Part shown: one piece after another, positions 1-6,720 of the stretch
Position numbering within the stretch: position 1 is the first letter of the stretch
Layout of the letters: each line of letters opens with the position of its first letter
IMG/VR virus record: IMGVR_UViG_3300032240_000979
Location: 2,722-66,721 of that record
From: a virus
Direction: 5' to 3' (one strand)
DNA: 64,000 nucleotides
The notes under the pieces: model-generated
Told to the model about the DNA's origin: nothing
The model's input: the letters and a program-made list of their open reading frames with translations, nothing else
The model's database searches: none
Program-made: the position numbers and the translations under genes

Positions 1-371
1 ATAGGTACTATATCTACTTGGTCATTATTTACAACATTACCATTCGTGTTATTAACAGAAATATCATTCGTGTTTGGAACCTTTTTATATGAATTTAAAA
101 TAGCTTCTTTGACCTTTTCTTCTACTAGCTTATTAACATCACTTTCTTTTACCATGATATATTTTTCGGCATTGAAGTTGACGATAGCCGGGCGCCCGGC
201 TGAAGGTGTCGCTTCTACTGGCGGCTTATTTACAACAGGATTGTTCGTGTTTGGTTTAACAAAGATTGGTGCATTTTTATTACTAATAGTACCATCAGGC
301 ATCTTCATAAAGGAACTGCAACCTGTTAACAATAAAGATAATAGAGCTATATTTAGACTTTTTTGATTCAT
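1..371 (-). CDS. putative lipoprotein, 3'-truncated by the window edge
   Basis: Translated by hand from ATG at 371: MNQKSLNIALLSLLLTGCSSFMKM..., lipobox LTG-C, open frame to position 1, with NTNxxVVN-type internal repeats. Absent from the ORF track because it has no stop in the window. Confidence 0.75.
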   Translation of the reverse strand, partial: MNQKSLNIALLSLLLTGCSSFMKMPDGTISNKNAPIFVKPNTNNPVVNKPPVEATPSAGRPAIVNFNAEKYIMVKESDVNKLVEEKVKEAILNSYKKVPNTNDISVNNTNGNVVNNDQVDIVP

Positions 372-392
372 GTTTAGGTTCCTATATTTAGC

Positions 393-809
393 TTACTTCA
401 GTTCACCTTTGGACTTTAGCATTTTAGCATTAGCCAAATGTAATTCTTTTACTTTCTCTTTGTTTTCTCCTTGATATGGAACAGCATAGTAATTAGAGAT
501 CATCCATTCATTTACTTCTATACCAGAAGGTGTCTTTAACTTAGCTAAGATGCGCCCAAATTTTTCATTAGGATCTAATTTAGTCTCTATATATACATAC
601 TCATCTTTAGATAATACTTCTTTTAGTTTCTCTTTAGATAAGATGCCTCTTACTTTCTCTTCTTTATCTGATGTGCGGCTCTCTGGAGTATCAATACCAT
701 CTAATCGGATGCGCTGTGCGCGCAACCAAACGCCGAAACCAAGGTCGAAATCGACCTCAATAGTGTCTCCGTCAATGACTGAAATGATTTTTGCTTTATA
801 TTGATACAT
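393..809 (-). CDS. thermonuclease (SNase-like) family protein
   Basis: VIDGDT, RIRLDGIDTPE and EKFGRILA motifs of the staphylococcal nuclease family. Confidence 0.9.
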   Translation of the reverse strand: MYQYKAKIISVIDGDTIEVDFDLGFGVWLRAQRIRLDGIDTPESRTSDKEEKVRGILSKEKLKEVLSKDEYVYIETKLDPNEKFGRILAKLKTPSGIEVNEWMISNYYAVPYQGENKEKVKELHLANAKMLKSKGELK

Positions 810-873
810 ATTAAATAGTTACGTTATTTTAGGTAGTTCTTGAAGTGTTGTCCGGGTACAGCTAAAACACAAT

Positions 874-1113
874 TTATATATCTATTGTATTCTTCTTTAT
901 TACTTTTGTCAATAGTCTTTTTAACTTAGCTTTGTCAATACTAATCTTAGCTGTTTTAAAAAGCTCTTTGCTTGTGTCGTATAACATACTACATAATTTT
1001 GATATTGTTGTATATGTTCCTATGAACGCGCTCGCGCACAGCGCGATTGGTAACACTATAACTAACAACACTATAACTAGTGATGTGTATGTAAATATAT
1101 ATCGAAATATCAT
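874..1113 (-). CDS. hypothetical membrane protein
   Basis: 79 aa, hydrophobic N-terminal stretch, basic C-terminus, same strand as neighbours. Confidence 0.5.
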   Translation of the reverse strand: MIFRYIFTYTSLVIVLLVIVLPIALCASAFIGTYTTISKLCSMLYDTSKELFKTAKISIDKAKLKRLLTKVIKKNTIDI

Positions 1114-1330
1114 AAATAAAGTATATAGATTATATAGAGAGAGATACTATTATGCAAAGAAAATTTTGTTGAATTTAAATTAATTAAAAATGGGAATCGA
1201 GGTTGGTGCATTTTAAACAACAACTCATCTTACATATCCATTACTTATCTATTCTTTCTCTATATTCTTCTTATATATCTTATCTATGTATTTTGATGTA
1301 TCTTACCCTAAGAAAAAGGGTATGAGAACG

Positions 1331-1687
1331 TTATTCTTTATCTACTAAATCACTGAGGTAATCGTTGCGGGACTTTTTGACGCTTTTGGACGTTAAAACC
1401 TTGGTATTTTGGGGCTTTCTTTTTGTCTTAAAGGTTTTGGGCTTTTTCACTCCTAAAACTACTGCATTTTCCTTCAATTTCTTACTTACTTTTTGGGCTT
1501 CTTTTTCATCAATAGGTGTAGGATCATATTTATCATCATTTTTGACCAAAAAACGGTCAGTTTCTTCGATCTTTTTTGAGTAATAAAACTCAGCTAACAA
1601 TACCAGTATAACAGGTATAGAAATCAACGCTAAAAACATCAATTCTGATGTGGTTGGGGAGGCGTTAATGAGTAAAAGTTCGTCCAT
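1331..1687 (-). CDS. hypothetical protein with N-terminal TM helix and Lys-rich tail
   Basis: LMFLALISIPVILVLLAEFYY hydrophobic segment followed by a charged tail. Confidence 0.7.
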   Translation of the reverse strand: MDELLLINASPTTSELMFLALISIPVILVLLAEFYYSKKIEETDRFLVKNDDKYDPTPIDEKEAQKVSKKLKENAVVLGVKKPKTFKTKRKPQNTKVLTSKSVKKSRNDYLSDLVDKE

Positions 1688-1753
1688 AAAAAATGATAAG
1701 GTTAATAATTTGGAGCTTTTAGTTATATAAGGTTCTCTGTTGTTTAATTACAC

Positions 1754-1795
1754 AAAGAAAAACCCCCAAATTAGCTTTGTGGCACCTTTGGGGGC
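1754..1795 (-). terminator. intrinsic terminator
   Basis: Minus strand GCCCCCAAA-loop-TTTGGGGGT followed by TTTTCTTT, downstream of ORF 1824..2018. Confidence 0.7.
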
Positions 1796-1823
1796 ATAGG
1801 ATATTGAGTTAAACGCTTGTAAA

Positions 1824-2018
1824 TTACTTAACAAGGCCCGCCAAACCACCTTGAGACGCCGCCAGCTTGTCTTTAACGACCTCTAAGATCATTTGGAGGC
1901 TCGCTTCCATGACCTTGTGTTCCTTTGGCGTTAAACGAGCTTGCTCATAAAGAGCAGCGACATTATTGAAAGCAACATCCAATGTGAGTTGCGGTTGATT
2001 TTGTGTTTGATTTTCCAT
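1824..2018 (-). CDS. hypothetical protein
   Basis: 64 aa ORF in codirectional array, followed by a terminator. Confidence 0.7.
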   Translation of the reverse strand: MENQTQNQPQLTLDVAFNNVAALYEQARLTPKEHKVMEASLQMILEVVKDKLAASQGGLAGLVK

Positions 2019-2041
2019 AGAAGTATATATACTAGTTTATA

Positions 2042-2626
2042 TTAAAGTTTGCCACGCATTTTGTCTATACATTTTTTGATAAAAGTCTTATCTCTTTGCA
2101 TAGAGCGAAAGAAGAAGTAAGGAAACCAAATGATCTTTGGTATCTTTAACACCTTCAAGTTCTTACAGTTAATTACCTTGGGCATTTCGCCATCCCAAAT
2201 GCGAACTACAACAGTTGAATTGTCTTCAATAGAAACGTTATCAACTGTGCCATTTCTTGTGGGTTTTGTCCAAGGAGTCCAATAGTTGTCGTATTGGCCG
2301 ATCTCGACTGTGTATTCCTTACCTTTGCGAGTGAATAAAATATCTTTTAAATTCCATCCATCAATGCTACCTTTTAGGGTAACGCCGTTGTTTAGTGGGT
2401 TTAAAGTCATGTTAGTGAACGAGTAATTAGAACCGCGAACAGCGTCAATGCAATCTTCTTTGCCGCCATTTACTGTTACTCCTATTACTTGAACGTTCTC
2501 GCACTGCGAGAATTTCATTACATCATCCCATTCAGAAGGATTAAGTGGATTTTCCCATGCGTCAATTACAACGTCTTTTAATTGAACGTGTGATTTATAG
2601 TTTGTGTCTTTTTTTCCAGAACTCAT
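2042..2626 (-). CDS. right-handed beta-helix (pectate lyase/GH28-like) repeat protein
   Basis: DDVMKFSQCENVQVIGVTVNGGKEDCIDAVRGSNYSFTN pattern typical of parallel beta-helix rungs. Confidence 0.6.
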   Translation of the reverse strand: MSSGKKDTNYKSHVQLKDVVIDAWENPLNPSEWDDVMKFSQCENVQVIGVTVNGGKEDCIDAVRGSNYSFTNMTLNPLNNGVTLKGSIDGWNLKDILFTRKGKEYTVEIGQYDNYWTPWTKPTRNGTVDNVSIEDNSTVVVRIWDGEMPKVINCKNLKVLKIPKIIWFPYFFFRSMQRDKTFIKKCIDKMRGKL

Positions 2627-2636
2627 AGACTCTAAT

Positions 2637-2642
2637 TTACAC
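2637..2642 (-). promoter_or_regulatory. GTGTAA putative phage promoter motif
   Basis: 10 nt upstream of ATG 2626; recurrent motif described in findings. Confidence 0.55.
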
Positions 2643-2888
2643 TTAGAATGTTTCAGGGCTATTTAACATAGCATCAATTTCATTTAATCTAGCTTGTAAT
2701 GTATCTGCGCGATCTCTTTCTAGTTTTATCATGTGGTTAGCTGTTAATAAATCTAAATTTAGATTATGTAAGCGAGCTTTCATTTCAGTGAGTTCCGTTT
2801 CCAACTCTCTCGCAAGGTCGGCTCTTACAATCCATTCGCCTTCCCATTCTTCCCATTCTTCTTGTGTTGTGCGCGGTGCTGGGTTCAT
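2643..2888 (-). CDS. hypothetical coiled-coil protein
   Basis: 81 aa, heptad-like pattern, closely packed with neighbours. Confidence 0.65.
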   Translation of the reverse strand: MNPAPRTTQEEWEEWEGEWIVRADLARELETELTEMKARLHNLNLDLLTANHMIKLERDRADTLQARLNEIDAMLNSPETF

Positions 2889-2892
2889 TTGT

Positions 2893-3090
2893 TTAAAATG
2901 TTAATTTTTTAGCTTCTTTAATGATTTGATTCATTCTTTGACCATCTAATGCGCGGCAAGAACCAATATAATTTGGACGAAATTTGCCGCCACAGTCGCT
3001 TTCTTCTGTGATCTCAAGCAAATCAATAAACTCTTTCCATAAGTCGTTTAACTTCTCTTCTTTAGTATTAGACTGGAGTGTTTGTTTCAT
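2893..3090 (-). CDS. hypothetical protein
   Basis: 65 aa ORF in gene array. Confidence 0.65.
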   Translation of the reverse strand: MKQTLQSNTKEEKLNDLWKEFIDLLEITEESDCGGKFRPNYIGSCRALDGQRMNQIIKEAKKLTF

Positions 3091-3133
3091 ATTATTTAAT
3101 TTTTTTATTTAATTCAAATGTTGTTTTTAATGA

Positions 3134-3181
3134 TATTAGTTTGTAAAGACGTTATTTTTGATTTTATTAGTTTGTAAAGAC
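3134..3181. repeat. 17-bp direct repeat (TATTAGTTTGTAAAGAC x2)
   Basis: Exact copies at 3134-3150 and 3165-3181; duplicates the 3' end of ORF 3167..3496. Confidence 0.85.
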
Positions 3182-3496
3182 ATTGCCAATAAATTTCTTA
3201 TCTTTGAAATACTTTGCGGCGATCTTGTTGAACTGAAGGTATGAATCAAGCATAGAGATTGGAAGCGCAGCACTAGATAACGCGATAGCGCGATCATAAG
3301 CAATCTTTTTAGCTAAGTTTTTATCAAAAATGTCACCGATATTAATGTTGCATAAAGACCAACCAATACTGTAATAACCTTCAAGAGATTTTGTTTCAGT
3401 AGCGGCGAACACGCCAACTCTCTGACCTTTTCGGTTATAGTGGTAAATATGTAGTCCTTTTGGGAACTGCATAGTTTCTTTTTCTTTGTTATTCAT
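3167..3496 (-). CDS. hypothetical phage protein
   Basis: 109 aa; GWSLC...GDIFDKxxAKKIAxxRA pattern seen in small phage proteins. Confidence 0.75.
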   Translation of the reverse strand: MNNKEKETMQFPKGLHIYHYNRKGQRVGVFAATETKSLEGYYSIGWSLCNINIGDIFDKNLAKKIAYDRAIALSSAALPISMLDSYLQFNKIAAKYFKDKKFIGNVFTN

Positions 3497-3510
3497 GTGT
3501 TATAGTAAAT

Positions 3511-3596
3511 TGGTAGCCGAGATCGGAGTCGAACCAATACGCTCTTTCGAGCAACAGATTTTAAGTCTGGTGTGTCTGCCATTCCACCACTCGGCC
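3511..3596 (-). tRNA. tRNA-Leu(TAA)
   Basis: GGCCGAG/CTCGGCT acceptor stem, TGGCAGAC D-loop, CCAGA-CTTAAAA-TCTG anticodon arm, long variable arm, GGTTCGACTCC T-arm, encoded CCA. Confidence 0.95.
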
Positions 3597-3623
3597 AAAT
3601 AAATTTGTTTTTGTCAATACTTT

Positions 3624-3845
3624 TTAAAGATATTTTGATTTTATTTCCCGAAATCTTTTGATAACTTCATCTAGTTTCTTTATCTCTGGTGAAGAATCTT
3701 CCATCCAAGAATTAACTGTGCGAAGTTCTGTTGCGTAAGGATATAAATCTTCTGCTATTGTTTGCCATTCATCTTGAGTCAAGAGCAGTTGGTGAATCAA
3801 CTGCGCTGACTTGTCAGGATTTTGTTTTACCCATTCTATATTCAT
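3624..3845 (-). CDS. hypothetical protein
   Basis: Start set at MNIEW (ATG 3845), which forms an ATGA overlap with the upstream stop. Confidence 0.7.
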   Translation of the reverse strand: MNIEWVKQNPDKSAQLIHQLLLTQDEWQTIAEDLYPYATELRTVNSWMEDSSPEIKKLDEVIKRFREIKSKYL

Positions 3846-4186
3846 CCTGCACTCCAAGTACGATGTTTCTCAGCGACCCATTCATAACCATTAGACTCGC
3901 AAATAATCCATTGAACATCATCAGGTATCTCTACGATACTGATTGTGCAATAATCAGCAGAAAATCTTTCTGAACCAATTTGTTCAAAGATTTTGATGAG
4001 AATAGGATCGTCGCGTAATAGTAAATGTAAACTAAGATTAAGTTCTTGAGGTAAAATAAGATATTCGCCCCAAGAAGGATTTTCGGTGACTGTATAAGAT
4101 ATACCTTTTTCTTTTAAGTAAAGCTCTTTAGCTTCTAATGATAAAGAGAAACCACCAACATCAGTGTTAATTAGGATTTTTTGCAT
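3842..4186 (-). CDS. conserved hypothetical phage protein
   Basis: VEIPDDVQWIICESNGYEWVAEKHRTW C-terminus typical of a widespread phage family; start trimmed to MQKILIN because the longer ORF overlaps tRNA-Thr. Confidence 0.8.
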   Translation of the reverse strand: MQKILINTDVGGFSLSLEAKELYLKEKGISYTVTENPSWGEYLILPQELNLSLHLLLRDDPILIKIFEQIGSERFSADYCTISIVEIPDDVQWIICESNGYEWVAEKHRTWSAG

Positions 4187-4194
4187 ATATAAAA

Positions 4195-4269
4195 TGGAGC
4201 TTTCGATAAGAGTCGAACTTACAACTTCTTCATTACAAATGAAGTGCTCTACCATTGAGCTACGAAAGC
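4195..4269 (-). tRNA. tRNA-Thr(TGT)
   Basis: GCTTTCG/CGAAAGC acceptor, TAGCTCAATGGTAGAGC D-arm, CTTCA-TTTGTAA-TGAAG anticodon arm, GTTCGACTC T-loop, CCA. Confidence 0.95.
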
Positions 4270-4364
4270 TAATTGATTTACCAGCGATTTCGTTTAGTAA
4301 AATAGTTTGGTCGATTCCATAAGTGGCATACCACGATTATGAAAATCAAGATTGATAACATTAT

Positions 4365-4370
4365 GTGTAA
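4365..4370 (+). promoter_or_regulatory. GTGTAA putative phage promoter motif
   Basis: 8 nt upstream of ATG 4379. Confidence 0.55.
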
Positions 4371-4378
4371 TATATTAT

Positions 4379-4642
4379 ATGGATAGTCCCCGATTATTAC
4401 AAGCAGATATACATAATAATTATAGCATCGTGTCTGGAGATTGGTCTAGCTATAAGACACAAATCACTGGACTATACTCTGCTACTGGTTACGCCGCTTC
4501 TGGCAATGCAACTTTCGGGGATTTCTCCGATCATTTAGTTAGAGAATACAATCACAAGATCGAACGGTTGGGGATGCCAACAGGCTTATTCATTCGACCT
4601 TATGATGCTGGTTATAGATTAACTGGTATTGCTATCAGTTAA
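4379..4642 (+). CDS. hypothetical protein (isolated plus-strand gene)
   Basis: MDSPRLLQ... start preceded by GTGTAA; ends with a 24-nt convergent overlap with 4619..4963. Confidence 0.7.
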   Translation: MDSPRLLQADIHNNYSIVSGDWSSYKTQITGLYSATGYAASGNATFGDFSDHLVREYNHKIERLGMPTGLFIRPYDAGYRLTGIAIS

Positions 4643-4963
4643 AGTCTTTTCTTGTTTGCCTTTGATATAGGCAGACATTAAGACGCAGTAGTTTAGAATA
4701 TCCAAGATAGCGTCCTCATAGCCTTCATTTGCGACCAAGAGCTTTCCATCTTGGGCAAACGTGCTAAGACGAGATACCTTGTCTATAATACGAACGAGGA
4801 AACCTTGCTCGGTGGTGCAGACGCCCATAGCTTCGCACCGCTGGAAGTTGGCGAATGGAACGTCGCCTTTGCTTCCTGCGTAGTCGTTGTTTTTGGTCTG
4901 CATGATCTCAAATGCTCGCTTACAGAGCAGATGGTGATGCTCAAACAGGTCTTGTCTATTCAT
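4619..4963 (-). CDS. nucleotide-modification-associated domain 1 (DUF1599, MazG-like all-alpha) protein
   Basis: KNNDYAG...FANF...RIIDKVSRL...EDAILDILNY motif pattern. Confidence 0.75.
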   Translation of the reverse strand: MNRQDLFEHHHLLCKRAFEIMQTKNNDYAGSKGDVPFANFQRCEAMGVCTTEQGFLVRIIDKVSRLSTFAQDGKLLVANEGYEDAILDILNYCVLMSAYIKGKQEKTLTDSNTS

Positions 4964-4985
4964 GGTGAATAAAAATTAATTTAAA

Positions 4986-5297
4986 TTACTCGCCTTTGAT
5001 AACTTTTAGTCTCACTCTTGAGAGCAAAGAAACTACATCTTTAGAATCCACCACAACAGGAACGTTGCGCTGAATCTTGCCAGAGGCATCTTTGAAGGCG
5101 TGAACGATTTGATAAGGCTCTTCTGTTCTCGCCGTTTCAGAAGTAAAACAATGTGCAGCCCATGCTGCGGCATTATCCAAGGCGAAATCATAGAAGTTAA
5201 TGCAGTTGCGAAGTGTGCCGTCTCGTTCAAGATTCCAAATCTCAAACCAGTTACGGTTAGCTTCTACTCCATTAGTTGTTAGTTGTAGTGTATCCAT
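4986..5297 (-). CDS. hypothetical protein
   Basis: 103 aa ORF in gene array. Confidence 0.7.
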   Translation of the reverse strand: MDTLQLTTNGVEANRNWFEIWNLERDGTLRNCINFYDFALDNAAAWAAHCFTSETARTEEPYQIVHAFKDASGKIQRNVPVVVDSKDVVSLLSRVRLKVIKGE

Positions 5298-5302
5298 TAG
5301 TT

Positions 5303-5599
5303 TTAATCGTGAAAAGATTGTTTAACAATATCGTGAGGATATTCAGCTTTATTAATAGATTGAAGTTCATTCGCTCTAGTAATCATGTAGTGATGAATAA
5401 AATGGCGAGTCTCCCAATCTAATAGGCGACCTTCCTCTTGAGGAAGTCCTTGAAGAACTTCGTCAAGATTTAGGTCAAAGCTCAAGCACAAGGCTTGAAT
5501 CTTACGATAAATGCCGATCTCTTTATACTTTAGTAGAGCAAAGGCAATATCGAGTTCAATCATATTGGCGTTTTCTAGTTTTTCGACGAGTGGGTTCAT
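5303..5599 (-). CDS. hypothetical protein
   Basis: 98 aa, starts 1 nt after the rIIB stop. Confidence 0.7.
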   Translation of the reverse strand: MNPLVEKLENANMIELDIAFALLKYKEIGIYRKIQALCLSFDLNLDEVLQGLPQEEGRLLDWETRHFIHHYMITRANELQSINKAEYPHDIVKQSFHD

Positions 5600-5600
5600 A

Positions 5601-6701
5601 TTAGAACGATTCTACAATCGACGCTTCAGCAGCGGTGATTCTTGTGTTATCGGACTTGAGAATACCTTCATTGGTATCATAGTCCAATTCAAAGATAATG
5701 TCAGCGAGTTCATCGTAAGTAACATCGTAATTTGATAGAGCAGAGGTCATGATATAGTTCAGTGATGGATAAATACCTTTGTCGATATAGGTCGAGATGA
5801 TAGCATCAACCTTTAGTTTGATAGCTTCTTGACGCCAATCAATCTCGCTGGAGTTGTCTTTATCACAGTCGCAGTGACCGCAATCACTATCGCAATCATA
5901 ATCATCGTCTTCGCTATCATCTGTGCTATATACGGGCTCGTTGATCTCTTTTCGCTCTGGAGTAATATCGGAGATAACTTTATATTTGCTCACGCGCAAC
6001 TTTTGGAAAGAACAGTCAGTTGGAACGCTTACGGCATCGGCAGGATTAACTTCAACGACGAGCAAACGTCCAGTTGAGCCAGCCCAATTTTTAGCGTAAT
6101 CAAAGCTGCCAACGTGCAAGCCAAAGGAGCAGTGATTGTCTTTGTTATCGTCAACAGAGCGGCGAGCAACTTCAATCGTTGAGCCAAGAGTGTTGAGGAT
6201 GTGGCCTTGCTCGTTCACTTTGCCTTGAATAACGACGGTATCTTTATTGCCGCTGCTGGAATAAAAATCATTTTTAACTCCTTTGTAAGCGAGGAAATTT
6301 CCTTCTGCAGTAATAGGAAGCGACTTGTAAGACAAGAACGAATAGAGTTCGTTGACTGAATTAGCCGAGACGTTAGACATGAGTTTGTCGATGAAGTTCA
6401 ACAAAGGTTCAGCGTCTTTAGCTCCAGCTTTAAGCAACTCAAATAGCTTTGCGACGACAACGCCATGCAGCTTTTCGTTACCATAGAAAAGTTCGCCATC
6501 AACAACGCGAAGTGCGCCATGAGAGAAGTTGACGATCTTGTGTTCAATACTAAGAAGCGAAGGAACTTCAGAGTAATTAGCGTCGATCAAGGCTTTACGG
6601 AGAGCAAAGAAGTTCGGATTGGACTTCTCGATGGTGTGAGGACGACCATTAACGAAAACGGTAATAGAATCGTCGCGCATGATATAGGCTGGCTTATTCA
6701 T
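5601..6701 (-). CDS. rIIB: RIIB-like protein
   Basis: LPITAEGNFLAYKGV, CSFGLHVGSFDYA and VEVNPADAVSVPTDC..QKLRVSKYKV motifs; directly downstream of rIIA. Confidence 0.88.
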   Translation of the reverse strand: MNKPAYIMRDDSITVFVNGRPHTIEKSNPNFFALRKALIDANYSEVPSLLSIEHKIVNFSHGALRVVDGELFYGNEKLHGVVVAKLFELLKAGAKDAEPLLNFIDKLMSNVSANSVNELYSFLSYKSLPITAEGNFLAYKGVKNDFYSSSGNKDTVVIQGKVNEQGHILNTLGSTIEVARRSVDDNKDNHCSFGLHVGSFDYAKNWAGSTGRLLVVEVNPADAVSVPTDCSFQKLRVSKYKVISDITPERKEINEPVYSTDDSEDDDYDCDSDCGHCDCDKDNSSEIDWRQEAIKLKVDAIISTYIDKGIYPSLNYIMTSALSNYDVTYDELADIIFELDYDTNEGILKSDNTRITAAEASIVESF

Positions 6702-6720
6702 AATAGTAGGTATTAGTTTT

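Noticed and set aside
186-201. Perfect 16-bp GC-rich palindrome AGCCGGGCGCCCGGCT
   Set aside because: Single copy inside a CDS with no loop or U-tract; no supportable function.
46-366. Plus-strand 106-aa ORF
   Set aside because: It is the antisense shadow of the minus-strand lipoprotein gene (1..371), which has a clear lipobox.
3612-3617. TTGACA as the promoter of tRNA-Leu
   Set aside because: It is only 15 nt from the tRNA 5' end, too close to allow a -10 box and start site upstream of the tRNA.
4187-4255. N-terminal extension of ORF 3842..4255
   Set aside because: It overlaps the tRNA-Thr gene; the real start is more plausibly ATG 4186.
4313-4347. Resemblance to a purine riboswitch (ATAAT...TATG)
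   Set aside because: It lacks the TTTCTACC junction and P3 stem.
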